Origin: Octopus bimaculoides
Taxonomy: Eukaryota
Assembly: GCF_001194135.2 (NCBI RefSeq)
Contig: NC_068989.1
Location: 50,908,508 to 50,972,507, forward strand
Direction of reading: 5' to 3'
Length of the DNA stretch: 64,000 bases
The stretch's first letter is position 1. The number at the start of each line of letters is the position of its first letter. Below, in pieces: positions 39,797-53,890 of the stretch. The notes beneath the pieces are model-generated. The model made no database searches, was not told where the DNA came from, and worked only from the letters and a program-made list of their open reading frames with translations. The translations under genes and the position numbers were made by a program.

Positions 39797-41354
39797 GAGA
39801 GAGAGAGAGAGAGACATACATACACCATGTATTTACTTACTACATTTTATTTACATGTCTGTTTATTTATTTACTAATAAATACAAACAAATATATTGTG
39901 TAATGGGATTTCAAGATAATCATTTGTTTCCGCTTATTTGAAATCGAAATAAAACCTCGAATAATTGAAATAAATGCACTTTCTAAACATTACACAGCGA
40001 TTTGAGTTTCTTGGGGAATAGAAAGTGGAGTCGTAATATATATATTAAAAGAATTGCGATATGCATGCAAACAATTGAAATACACACATTTCTTTGTTTT
40101 ACATTAAATGAACAGAAGCCTGGAAAAAAATCATAAACGTTATCCGTTAATAAAATAACTCCAGATCTATGGCAAGCATCAAATATGAATTTTACTTAAA
40201 TTGCAGGAAAGGGAGATAAGTGCTGTCAGCGATTAATTACCCATATAATGTTCGAATCCAATTGTCAGTATAGAAAGTTACCCTGAAAAGAAATTTTGTC
40301 TCCTCCGAATTGACGAAATGTAGTTGAAATTTAAAGTAGGCTTTTATTTCCAGTATAAAATAGAACTAGACAACCCAAATATCGTATAGTATACACAGTC
40401 AATAAAATTTGCGTCACAAAGCATTTGAATATACATCGTCAAGGGATACGACGCTTGAGTACTTCGCAGATTCCGATAAATGAATATTTAGATTTATGTT
40501 CACTAACCAAACAACCAAAATAAGGAGACTTTTGATATTATTCTCGGCTGAAGTAACTATTAATGTGTATATTTCAAATATATATATATGTATATCGTAT
40601 TGTACTTCTATCATGTTGATGTGTGTTTTCGTCTACTCTAACTATACGGATAAACATTTAAGGCACACACCTGGAAATAAGAGAAAAACATATTCTCATG
40701 TTCAAGCATAGGCTCAGATTTTGGGCACCTATGCATATAAAGGTCAAGTAACACGCACAGCTACTTACTAAGCTTATTGCATTTTCATTTAACAATGTGT
40801 CGATATATCTATTCATTCGTCTTTTTGCATTTTATCCTCCAATAAATATATCTATAGATACATCGAGAGATTGAAGATAGAGAAACGGTTGAACATTGAA
40901 ATCGTTAATAGTTAAACTTTCATTTTTATTCTGTGTCGCAATATTCCACTACACAACATTTAGAATCCTGTTACTACTTTCCACTTCGGCCTTCCTTTCA
41001 GTCAACACTTACTCATTCACTCTCTCTCTTTGCCTGCCTGTCCCTTCAACTATACCACATGTTTCAGCACTCACCATGTTTCTATTTCTGTTCTTTCTTC
41101 AAGTAACTAACGACCCCACTCTCTCCCTTTCTCTTCGCCTCGTAATTGAACTATCTATGCGACAACGTCACACATCCAGTCTTAGCGTAATGGCTATGAA
41201 TTCCCTCTCACCTAATGTATTTAACACTTTATGCCCCTCTGTTTTCCTTGCTTTTTGCCTCTCCCTTCAACTAAATCCATAACAGCGTAACGTATTCAGT
41301 CTTAGCGTATCAATATATAGATAATAATAGTAATGATTTGGCAAATGAACAGCA

Positions 41355-41480
41355 ATCCTCGGGAGGGAGCTAATCGATTTCATTGACACCAGTACTTGAT
41401 CGGTACTTATTATACCGACCTTAAATGAATGAAAGATAAAATCGACCTCGGCGGCATTTGAGCACAGAACCTACAACTGA
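41355..41480 (-). mobile_element. SINE family B fragment
   Basis: atcgatttcattgacaccagtac...aatcgacctcggcggcatttgagcacagaac. Confidence 0.75.
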
Positions 41481-42586
41481 ACTCATTGGGTATGTATATA
41501 CCATTGCAGGTATTCAAATTAACCTCCTCTCCTTCTACGGCACAGCACAATATTGAAGACTGTGTATCAATTTCGTGCCCCATTAGCGGATAGATCGACA
41601 CATTTTATCCTTTGAATAATTAACACTTTCGATCTAACTGCTATATTGTTGGAATTTCTGGGAAAATCAACACTTTATAACAAACATATCTAACTTCTGA
41701 ACTTACAAAAGAGAAGCTTCGGTGATTGTATTATGTTGGCAAAGACGTTCTACCTATCAAATTAATAATATGTGTCCATAGAAAAATCTTGTGTATTTGA
41801 CTCATACAAACTAATACTATGTAAATAAAACGAAATCCATAAACTTTTTTGCACAGTAAAATTCGGCGACCTTGGAAAGAATATTTATTACACTATTTTA
41901 ACAGATCGAAGATGCTTGGCAACGTTCATATCGTTGTGGAAGTAAAACTTTTCGATGTATTGTAATATTAATGTAGTTATTTTGGTTTTGAAGTTGCAAC
42001 GAAACTATAGGAAAATCTAATTAAAAATATGACACAAATGAACAATGAAAATTAAATAATTCCCCATTTAAAAAGGAAAAGAAGTAAACTACTTTTCCAG
42101 ACCTGTTATTGTGTGAATTTTCTTTTATTTATAGATGACAATTTCATTGCAAATATTTCTTGAAGTGTGTGAAAGGCAGATACGGAAGACACTTCTTCAT
42201 ATATTGTTGTACAAAACGCGTCAAAAAAAAAAGATTGCGTGATGAACATTTTCTGAAAGGCAAAAGTAAGTAAATATTCATTAACTTCGTCAGATATGTG
42301 GAGGAAATTGTCATCTTCAAAACTACAATATTTATTTAACTGTCATTTTGCCTTTGAGTTAAACAGTTCTTATCTATTCACGGTTTGACAAATACCCGTG
42401 TTACAAGAAGTGTATTTAAAAATAGTTATTAAGTTTTTGTAGAAATGAAGTGTCAGAAGTTTCGTACTTGCATAATCAAGTACCCATCCATCAAAATGAG
42501 AGAAACTGTCATAATTACTCTGCTATCTACAAAGACGCACAGACGAATAACAAACACATATATGAAATCAAATATGCATACAATGG

Positions 42587-42617
<31 letters not shown>

Positions 42618-42683
42618 GAAATCAAATATGCATACAATGGTATATATATATATGTATATATANNNNNNNNNNNNNNNNNNNNN

Positions 42684-42727
<44 letters not shown>

Positions 42728-43781
42728 GTATGTATATAGGGAGAAGTCACATAAAACAAAAGTCGAAGACAGGTGGTGTAGAAAACAAACATATGTATCA
42801 GTATAACACTCGGGAATTGAAAAAGTCTGTAACGTTTCCAGCCTACGCTCTTCCACATAAGGGAACACAAAAAGAAACAAGAAGAGAAAGAAGCAAAGAA
42901 AAAATGTGTATAGTGGTTAGCGATCTATCATGACGAATGCCGGACAGAAGAGCCACACAGGAGAGCTAAAAAGAAAGGGGAGATAACAAAGTATTAGTGA
43001 TCCCAAAACGAAGGTGCACGTGTGTAAGAGAGTACGTATGTGCCTGTGAAAGAGGGCTGGTGATCTTGACGTGTGCGTGTATGTGTAGGTGTGAAAATGT
43101 GGGATGGGAATTGGTCAGTGCTGGTGTGTGCGTAGTGGTGTGTTGTGATGTGATGTATTGTGGGGTATGGTGTAGGGTGGTGCGGTGTGATGGTGTTGGG
43201 AGGTGGGGGACGTGAGAGTGGTGAAAGCACGAGTGGGGTGTGATTTAGGCTGAGGGTGGGGGTATAGTTGGGGGTATGTGGGTATATATATATGTGTGTG
43301 TCTTTGTGTGTGTATTTGCATACCCATGCGTTTCATTCTGTATAATATATACGTATATATGAGTAAATATATATTTACGCAAATGTATACATGCGCATAT
43401 ATGTGCAAAGATACGAATGTGTATATATATNNNNNNNNNNNNNNNNNNNNNNNNNNNNNNNNNNNNNNNNNNNNNNNNNNNNNNNNNNNNNNNNNNNNNN
43501 NNNNNNNNNNNNNNNNNNNNNNNNNNNNNNNNNNNNNNNNNNNNNNNNNNNNNNNNNNNNNNNNNNNNNNNNNNNNNNNNNNNNNNNNNNNNNNNNNNNN
43601 NNNNNNNNNNNNNNNNNNNNNNNNNNNNNNNNNNNNNNNNNNNNNNNNNNNNNNNNNNNNNNNNNNNNNNNNNNNNNNNNNNNNNNNNNNNNNNNNNNNN
43701 NNNNNNNNNNNNNNNNNNNNNNNNNNNNNNNNNNNNNNNNNNNNNNNNNNNNNNNNNGTGTGTGTGCGTGTGTGTGTATGA

Positions 43782-43819
<38 letters not shown>

Positions 43820-45752
43820 CTGTATATCTGTGTATGTTTTTGCGTATATGTGTATGCGTTTGTGCATTTGTGGATACTATACAACATTAATGCATAAACC
43901 TACTGAAGGAGATATATAAACGTTCTGTCATAAATTGTTCCACAATCTTGCAGTAAACGATAATCATACCATTTCTACGCACACGTTGGGTGCAGGCATG
44001 TGTGTTGTTATGTACACACTTGATTTTCCCTTTGCTCCAGGTTTGTTTATTCTCGTCTCACATCCACTAGCGCGCTTTCTAAATTTAGTGGACAGAAAAT
44101 ACGCGGAAGCCTACTGGGTCGGTGTATTTTCTTCCTGTATATTGAATTTAATCCAAAACCTAATATCCAAATGTCACCTGATTGCTATGCTTAAATCGAA
44201 TTTTATATATTTGCAATCATTTGCTCATCTATTAAAAAATTACACGTTTCTTTGTTTTTTTTCTTTTTTTGACCAGCTGTAGAAATTACTTTTAAGTCGT
44301 GCTCACTACCTTTTCTATTTTTAACTGAGGATTACCCGCGTCTACTATAGATCATGTTTTAAAATATTTGAATGTAGATATTTGGGAGTCCAATAAAGAC
44401 GTTTGCTTCGCCGACAGGTGGCCGACCTCAGCCACATAGTATTTTGGGCAAACCTGATATGATATGGATTGGAGCGTCAGACCAGATTATCGGTGATAAA
44501 AGATCTCGTAGCTTAAGCGTTTGAAAACCCATCCGATGGACAAGATTATCTTATTGGAAGAGTGGGTGATTTAGACCCTTTGCATTGTGACAGCCCTAGA
44601 TCGTATTTGTCTTGGTTTGTTTTATTAGATTTCATATATATGCAAATTACTCAGCTTCCTTCACTGGCGATGCAATGAAAAGTTAATAGTTACAGTACGA
44701 AGCAGTGGCTACTGTCTGAGCATAAATTTTTAATAGCATCATAAATGTATCATTAGGAATTTGGCCGAAGTATATTACCCTTTAACAACAGTTTAGTACA
44801 GATAACAGTAAACCACATTTTGATGCAACAGTAGTTAATGTTATTGAACATGCATTTCTAATCATTCAGTACTCTAACTCCTATGTTAAACGATTCGAAG
44901 ATTACATGTAGCTGGTCTATATGATGATTATTCATCTACTATACTAAACACAAGCACATTTTTTTTCAATAAATATCACACTTGTATATCGATTATTTAC
45001 ATAAGTTTCAGACACATTGGGGGATGAGAAATCGTCAATGCTAGTATACAATAAAATAGTGGTATATTAAAATACTTAAAACGTTTCGTAAACTACGTTT
45101 GTATGACATATTTACATTTCATTAACTTGTGAAATCAGACGTTGAATATTATTACAATGGGAGCCAACTTTTGACAATATTTGAAAGATTGAGGCATTTC
45201 CTGGTAACTCATTACCAAAGTAATTCAGTCATTAAATATGTGTCATAGGCGATAGAGTTTGCAATGAATGGCGCACAGTGAAAGTAGTACAAAATTGCTT
45301 GGGAAAACTAAGTAAAAAATCATTACGTCTCATGGCAAGGTCTCGTTATGCATTAGTCAAGTTCATGCATTTTCTTCATGAATACTACTACGGAGTTATC
45401 TGGAAAAACCTCTCCTTAAAAGACAAAGATTATTGGAGTCGGCTGAATTAATAATGTGGGAAATATTTTCTATGCATTCCATCTGCAGGAATGTTTTTTT
45501 ACAACGAGTCATCTTAGGGAGAAGATTGATTCGGTGATGTCTTCCGAATGCATATTAATATTACACAAATATTACGAGACATTTACATACATTTATACAT
45601 ACATACACACATACATTTATTCGAACACATGCGCTCGCATATATTTACATATTTTCATTTGTGGGTCTGTATGTCTGTATGTCTGTCTCTCTCTGTATGT
45701 ATGTCTGTTTGTCTCACAAACAATAAGTCATTCAATCAATGAGTCAATCAGA

Positions 45753-45814
<62 letters not shown>

Positions 45815-46186
45815 GTCTATCAGTCTATCTTTCGGTCCATCTAATTGTCTACCCATCTATCCTTTTCTGTATATATCATATATATTTGCGCATACATACA
45901 TACATACATACATAGCAACACCCACATTTCTAGAACTTGTCCACAAGCTCTGGATGAAATCTATATAAGAATATACTGTATTTAAATGCACGTGCAATTT
46001 AGAAGTAGCCCACACTTCGCAGAACGACATATTCACCGATAATAATAATAAATTTGTGCGACATATTGGGGTTATACACCATTTGTATAATTATGACCGT
46101 TGCCCTTGTGGTATCATTGATTTCTTATCAACTTCCTCGTGATGGATATCACCGTTGTCAGGCTCCGTCTCTTCGTCTTTCTTCTC

Positions 46187-46247
<61 letters not shown>

Positions 46248-46262
46248 ACAACAACAACAATC
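46187..46262. repeat. (CAT)n(CAA)n microsatellite
   Basis: Direct. Confidence 0.95.
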
Positions 46263-46899
46263 CACCCCTCCCTCCTCTTCCATGTAATTTTAAGTACTTG
46301 GTAGAAATAAACCCCTTGTCCAACGGTCAATTTTCATAAAAGCATGGTTCTTTATTTATTCTGGAGACAAGATTGGATTTCCAAACCTGGAACACTTTGA
46401 TCATTGGCATACTTGAAGAGAACGGAAGATTAATAACAACAACTTGTGGTAAACTGGCGGAATGCATCGCGGTATTCGTTTGTCTGTACCGGAATTTCGG
46501 ATTCTGCTGCAGTGAACTTTCAGTCTTTCGACACCAAGGAAACAGTAACGATGAAAAGTAGCGTACTGATGGTGCCAAAAGAACTTTGAACATCACTTCT
46601 GATGATATTTGCTCTAGCTCTTTTCGTTCTAATCCATAACTCTCACACTGACTATGATATTCTCATGGAATGTGATCAAATGAATTTTATTTTTAAACAT
46701 ATTTCATCTTGGGATCCACACACTTCTTTCGTCAGTGTCTGGATCCCATCGGTGAAAAAGCTTTAGATATCCTTTACGAGAGCTGAATGGCTTGGCGGTT
46801 CATTCAGTTTAACATCAGGGTCTGGTACACTAATTGACTTGAGCCCAGTCTAATCTGTTACAAACGTTTTAGCAAGGGTTCTGATTTTGTGATATACTT

Positions 46900-47570
46900 C
46901 TTGTACATGGTACTCTCCATTGATAGTGAGACCCTTTTGAAAATAGTAAATAAACACATTGCCTTTTTCATCCCGCAAAACGGAGAACTCGACCTTCATT
47001 GAGGAGGAATGTTTCCTATGGTCTCCTGGTCTGTTGCTCAACGGGATGAGCCTGGTACTCACACTGAGGGTTAGAAAACGTTCAAAGAAACCAACTTGTG
47101 CTTCTGCAAACAATGTAAGATTTTCCAGTGATGTGATCAACCTGGTGCGCTCTGATGTCGAAATATTTTCCAGTCATGTGATCAGCTTGGTGCACTTTTG
47201 GTCAGATGTCACATGATGTGGCACACACCGTGTAGAGGAAGCCTTCGTCAAGCCAAGTTTATTATGGAGAATGTTCATAACACTCTTACGGGATATACTA
47301 ATAGCATTGGCTATTCTATCTATAGAACAGTGGTTGTCATCCATCTCCCTGTGGTGAACACGATCAATGTTTACCTCGCTGGTGGCAGTAAAAGGATGTC
47401 CAGAAGTTCGATCATCTTCCAGACACTCTTCCCCCACCTAAATGCAGCTGTCCAATTTTGCATTATTGAGAAAGCCGTGGAGCGTCATTCATTAATGTAG
47501 CATCAATGTCCATGTGGGCTAAACCCTTTTTCTGCACGGTGTTTGATAACAACACGATGAGATTTTTTTT
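46900..47570 (-). mobile_element. mariner relic (same subfamily as 38085)
   Basis: LEDDRTSGHPFTATSEVNIDRV...ILHNKLGLTKASSTRCVPHHVTSDQK; FIYYFQKGLTINGEY. Confidence 0.85.
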
Positions 47571-49679
47571 CTAGTTTTAAGAAATGTCGCTATTAGTTAC
47601 TTTTTAAGTAATATCAGTTTACCAGATAAAAGAAAAATAACAATGCTGTTGTTTTATGAGAAGAGTTGAAATTACTGCAAGCAAGATTTCACAGGTCAAG
47701 CATTACTCCTTATTGTCAGCCTTTGAACTTTTGACCCTCATGCTTCTTTGCTTTGTAAATATGTAGAAATGATGCTTGTGTTTCAAGACGTAATCCACAT
47801 TTCTGAAATACGAGATGTTTGTAACATCCAACTTGTATTAATAACGCCTCCTTTCTCCATTAAGTAGAAATAGATTATTATTGTTATTATTTTCATTACT
47901 TCAGAGATGAAAGAAAATAATATAGTTCAGAGTAGAAATTCACTACTCGACTATCCCCAAATATCAAAATTTACATATCTATTCAAATAAAGATAGCTCC
48001 GTAAAATAAAAGCAAGCAAAATCTTAAAGCGTTAAAATCAAATATAAACAAATAGAAATACATTTTCCCTTAAGTGTTTCTTTTTCCTTTGTTTTTTTTT
48101 TGTTTGTTTTTTTTTGTTTTTGTTTTTGATTAGATATTTGTTAAGAAACAAATGTCAGCGTTGTCAGAATTTTCACCACTGCAAATTACACAGGTCTGCA
48201 TAAGAAAGAGCTAATTACCAAAGGTTGAATGCCAAAATTCAAATATTGATTTAATTTTGATTTTTCAACATAAACATTGCAGAGTTTCGATCTCACTTTA
48301 AATATTAATAGAAATGAATATAAAATGAATTTTAGCAGCCATATTGAGAAAAATGTGTTACATGGACATTTTATTTTATTAAAATTTAAAATCAGATTTA
48401 GAATATTTCGAGGGCATGTCTGCAAGAATGGTTAATTAATCTCTCTACAAGCGCATTGTATTTATTCTGAGCACCATGGCTAGGAGACATGAACATTTTG
48501 TTGACCAAGTAACATTTAGACGTGGATTTCTTATAAAATTAAATCAAGACAGTATTATAAAAATTCAAGAAATGAATTGCTAAGAATGTGAAACAAGAGA
48601 GAAAAGGAATAATAAAAAATATATATAATTAAACAAAACAAAACGAAAGGATAACTATAATGGCTATCAAATAAAACATACAAATAATAAAATATATTTT
48701 TAAAAAGCAGCCAATGCTTAACAATGTTATTGTTAGCTACGGTTTTTCTGAATGATAAGAGAACTTAAAAATAAATACCGAGTATAGTAAACACTTCACA
48801 TTCAGCTTCCGTTCTTTTCCTCATAAGGATTCCTGGCGGTTATGCTGCTAAGAAAGGAACTGTATGTTGTTACTTCCGTGTCTTCTTTGAGGAAATTAGT
48901 GATATATTCATTCTTGACATGCAAACGGAAATATGTTCTTTTTAATGGAGCAAATTTCTACATCCATTTGTTTTAAGGTACAACATTATGGGAGGGAAGA
49001 CAAACATATTCTCTTGAATGTGGATTGACTTCTTCGAAATAACAGGTCGAAACTTCCTCGTCTCGTTGCTTGCTAACATAGTGATAACCACCTATTTTAC
49101 TCTTTTGATATACATCGTTTGAACGTATCTGCCAAAGCTGAAACAACGAAATTGATGTTAGCCACGGCGTACCCGATTAGACATTCAATAAATAAATGAA
49201 TAAATATAATACAGTAAATTAAAATCATCTCCATTGGCATAAAAACACGCCCATATATCATAAACCTGTTGTTCGCATAACTAGTAGTTTAGCATAGTAT
49301 CAGCTAGGTCATTGAATGTATGTGACACTTCAAACATGAGACAGAGGTATAAAATAGACTCGAGTTTTGACAGTAACGCGGAAAAAAACATTTTGTTGAT
49401 ATTTCCAGCAGAACGAATGCCTACGTAGGCCCTTGATCCTTAATGCTGGTTTCCCTCTTGATTTCTATTTTTTTTCTATCGAGAACCATCGATAATGAAA
49501 CTCGTTGTCCTGTGATATTAATAATCAAATATATATGTATATATTGTTATCTAGTATAGTATAACTCTGACTACGAAGCAATCATATCTTCCTTCATTCA
49601 GTAAATGGGTAAGGTGTGATGCGGGTACCATTGTTGATATTTCATGCGTATCGAGTAACTATTTAGATGTTGCTTGGTC

Positions 49680-50137
49680 GCAGTAACATGACAATCACGA
49701 CGCCGAAGACGATCAGGGCGACGTGGACGACGACGACACGACGACGACGACGATGAAGCAATGACACAACAAGGACGACGACGACGAGGACGAGGATACG
49801 ACAACGGCGACGACGAGGATGACGTTGATAATCCTCATGATGGAACACCATAATCTTCTTCAAATTTATGGTTATAATCATCTTGCTCCTGATCACTATT
49901 ATGACCATCCCGATGAATATCATGATCACGATCATGGTCATCATCATAATCATTGGCAGCAGCTCGGCTAAATAATGACACAGCTACGACCCCCACACAT
50001 ACCAACACCACTAGCACCACCACCAGCAAAACCACCACCACCACCACCACCACTACCACCACCACCACTACCACCACCACCACTTCCAACAGTACCATCA
50101 CCACCATATTCATTATGCATCATCACCATCATCATCG

Positions 50138-50195
<58 letters not shown>

Positions 50196-50720
50196 TGCAG
50201 CAACATACCAAGATCGTTTTGAATACCGTCGAAATAATGATTAGTATTACAACGTCGACGTATGATATAATTTTGGCGAATATAATAACACAGGCTATCT
50301 CAAAATCGCCTATGTTACCAATGAAGTCTATAGTGGCCATCATAGTGATGATTTAGATGATGACGGTGACGAGGAGGATAATGATGATGGCGAGGGGGAA
50401 CCTGGAGAAGAAAGAAGTGGGAAAGAAAGAGATCGTGATTGCTTTTGTGATTCCAATGACATTGCAGCGGCTGATGTCCTTGACGGCGTTACAGTTACTT
50501 TTCTTGTTGATGTTTATTATAATATTAAAGTATTGAAGAAAGTGGCGGTAAGGAGTATGAAATTAATGCTGAAGATAATGATAGGGTCTGTTTCGAAGTG
50601 AAGTTGATATTCATGAGAGTAGAGGTGGAAATGTTTGCTGTGACGGCGTTGAAGTTGCTGATACTAAATTTAATTCTGGTGATGATGGTGATAATGACGA
50701 TGATGCCAAATGTTTGTACT
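49680..50720. repeat. degenerate (GAC)/(CAC)/(CAT)/(GAT) trinucleotide field
   Basis: Direct. Confidence 0.9.
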
Positions 50721-50769
50721 GGATTTAATATTAGAAATTCTTGTTTACAAATCGTTAAGAAACGCCATA

Positions 50770-50935
50770 TAGTTTTTTAGAGACAGAGAACTATTGACTT
50801 GTATTGGAGTTAGCAGAGGCGCAAGGAAGGAAACAGACAATTCTTCAAAGCGAATGGCAGTGATTCCTGTCGCAGCGTTGTGAAACGAATCTCGATAGAG
50901 ACTGCTTGGAAAAGGGACTATAGCAGAAAGCGTTA
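50770..50935 (+). mobile_element. possible 3' end of an RLE non-LTR element (HERO-like) with (TTA)n tail
   Basis: LLTCIGVSRGARKETDNSSKRMAVIPVAAL*NESR loosely matches the HERO-type terminus LG.....K.....AE.AS.W.W..R. Confidence 0.35.
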
Positions 50936-50956
50936 TTATTATTATTATCATCATCA

Positions 50957-51016
<60 letters not shown>

Positions 51017-51229
51017 GACTACGACCTGGCAGAATCGTTAGCACACTGGACGAAATGCTTAGCAGTATTTCGCCCTTCGCTACGTTGCGAGTTCGAATTC
51101 CGCCCAGGTCGAATATGCATTTCATCCTTTCGGTGTCGATTAAATAAGTACCAGCAGCGCAATGGTTTCGATGTAATCGACTTAATCCCTTCCCCCTAAT
51201 TTGAGGCTTTGTGCTTCCAGTAGAAGCGA
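51017..51229 (+). mobile_element. SINE family B, full length
   Basis: gacctggcagaatcgttagcac...gagttcgaattccgcccaggtcg...; followed by a long (TTA)n tail. Confidence 0.9.
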
Positions 51230-51283
51230 TTATGATTATTATTATTATTGTTGTTGTTGTTGTTATTATTATTATTATCATTA

Positions 51284-51317
<34 letters not shown>

Positions 51318-51319
51318 CA

Positions 51320-51371
<52 letters not shown>

Positions 51372-51379
51372 CATCATCA

Positions 51380-51446
<67 letters not shown>

Positions 51447-51477
51447 CATTGTTGTTGTTGTTGTTGTTGTTGCTGTT

Positions 51478-51790
51478 GTTCAGTAGTTTTATTTCTATAA
51501 CGTGCTTTCCACTATTACTATTATTGCAAGACATCGATCCTGCATTGGATTTCCAGTTTCCCTTTAAGCCGAACGCTCCGATCACCACTGCTATCACTTT
51601 TTAATTACCCTCTCGCATTACATACAGCCTTGCCATTTCTACTTCTAATTCGGAGTACTTCAACCTCTCTACTCACATCATTCATGTCATTTAGTATGGC
51701 TACATCAATGATCTGTCAGTAATTGTCTCCCTTATTCAATATGATAATATTCGGCCAACGGTGATCGATTTACACGATCCGTCTGAAAAA
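51478..51790 (-). mobile_element. R4/Dong terminal ~35 bp plus a separate RLE fragment
   Basis: gttcagtagttttatttctataacgtgctttc nearly matches the 3' terminus at 13130. The next segment encodes relics of QTDR..DHRWPNII, IIDVAI, KYSELEVE and VIAVVIGAFG. Confidence 0.8.
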
Positions 51791-51899
51791 AAAATATTTA
51801 GAAATTCAAAAATTCAACGTTGAGAACATCAGTATAGATATAATTGTTTTTCTATCAGTAATTAAAAATAGAGCAAGGTGAACTGGTTCTTTTCAAGAC

Positions 51900-52313
51900 C
51901 AATATCAGCGCTCTCATTGATTGCTAGTAGTAATAAACACATTTGACCTCTGCTGAACCCAAGGGTGTGTGGCCTCTTTTGTCTCCTTATCGGACAGGAA
52001 AGCCTGCTGCTGATCTCCTTACCATCTACTGAATGTATTTACAGGCCTATATAATTTGGTCTATTCACCAAGCTGCTTCGCTTTCTCCTACTCTGAAGAC
52101 GGTTAGAAAACCAGTGTTTGTGGGAGTACTTGAAATGAACAGCAAAGGAACTAAAAATTATTTGAGAATGACCCCTGCAGGGAGCTCAAAATATAGTATT
52201 AAGTGTTAACTGCAAACGTAAACAGACTTTAAAGTAAAATAAAGAATGGTGGCAAAGGACTGTTTAGTATTGACTGTTGTATAAGGAGTGAAAGGAGAAC
52301 GCTTGTCGAGTAT

Positions 52314-52376
<63 letters not shown>

Positions 52377-53790
52377 CTGATAGATGCTTCCTTTTGATAT
52401 TAACAACAGTCCGTAAGAAGTCACTGTAAATGACATATAGGCAAATCCTGACGGTACTTACACCTTCATGTTTTGCATCGTTCTCAATATCTCATGAACA
52501 AAATTTCAACCGGCCAAACAAAGCGTGCATAGCAGTCATTAAACTGGCTCTCATGTTATGAGAAGGAATGCAATTGAGAATGTAGCTGGCATTCTCACTG
52601 AATTTTCCGCGAGGGAGCCACCTTGTTGGAGCAATGACCCTACTCTGCAGAGTATAGCAGCAGTGTTTTAGCAAACGCGAAGTCTTTACGTTTTGATTTT
52701 ATATTTTCTTCAGCCCAGGATTCTTTGCCTACTATATCATTTTTCAGGGGAGCATTTTAGATTCTTAATCACCAGAAGTATTGTTTTCAATCAGGAATTT
52801 TCAGTGCCATTCAGTACTCAGTTTAGTCGGTCTGCAGTCATTGTACGCCATTGAATAAAACTTTTCCTGTTCATTGGACTTTACTACAGAGGTCTTTCTG
52901 TCCGGAACAAGCTTCTACGATATGCCCTGGATTATAGACATGAAATTTTAAAGTGTCAAGTCGATGTTAGGTGTCCAGAGACATTGAATGAGAATCTCTT
53001 TTGAAGATCTGTTTTTCAATCAATTTCCAGTCTGCCTTATGGAAGTTCAATTTCGATAGATTTGGGGTATTACACATAGCGTGTTGACTGCAGATTCATT
53101 TGGTCCATAATTAATCAACACTATGATATTGTTATCTGAGACTAGCGTCGGTGTCACTATCACATTATAGATAAAATCCACATTGATCGTGAAGCAGAGA
53201 GCAAGTATATTGTTTCTTCTGGTTAGTTGGACTGCCAATGTGGTCCAACTAGCTCAATGTATAACGTGTTCGTGATGATGAGGAAGGGTTTCCACCTCTC
53301 TGTTTCGCATCACGTCATTCTTAAAAAGGAAAAATTCTTCAGGCCGTCCTACTTTACGCAAACTGGAGTCTCCTATGAGAAATACACTGATGTGTTGTTC
53401 TTATCTGGTTAGGACTTTTATTTTTGCAAGGTAGTCTTAAAATCTCCCCGTGGGATTTGGAGCATCTGGTGGATTGTAAATCGTACATATAACTATGTAG
53501 TGTTGACTTATACGTACAATTAAAGCTGTACACACTACTTTTCAGTATGACTAAAGGATATGTGGCGTGAGGTTTTCACAGTGCACATGGCAACTACACC
53601 CTGAGTCATGTCTTTTCTCTCGGTTCGCGATATAACATAAACGAGTAATTTTATTCTATATCTGCGATATCAGTTTTTAATTTATATTTCGGTGAGTACT
53701 ATGCATAAAGCTTGACTACATGCGATATGAATTTTGGTTTTGTTGCTGAGTTGCAACTTTCCTCCAATATTTAGTGAGAGTATCGATGTG
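51900..53790 (-). mobile_element. CR1/L2-like LINE ORF2 relic (APE endonuclease to RT start), interrupted by (TAG)n
   Basis: IVLTE; VICTIYNPPD; GDF; TRRNNILALCFT...VSDNNII; NFHKADWKLI; NYRPV..SVDGK (frameshifted). Confidence 0.75.
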
Positions 53791-53890
53791 ACCTACCTAC
53801 CTACCTACCTACCTACCTACCTACCTACCTACCTACCTACATACATACATACATACAAAGATACATACATATATACATACATACATACAA
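53790..53890. repeat. (TACC)n(TACA)n microsatellite
   Basis: Direct. Confidence 0.95.

Noticed and set aside
42560-42683. Tandem repeat of atatgaaatcaaatatgcatacaatggtata
   Set aside because: It is TA-embedded and next to a gap, so slippage or misassembly is likely.
46690-46745. Minus-strand CTGACGA...GAAATATGTT motif
   Set aside because: Stems I and II do not pair convincingly.
48970-49140. Minus-strand open frame after a ttgtttcAG acceptor (LWQIRSNDVYQK...)
   Set aside because: No strong donor and no recognisable homology. Similarly weak exon-like hits near 5950-6010, 16290-16340, 24410-24530, 41700-41750 and 57020-57100 were left uncalled.
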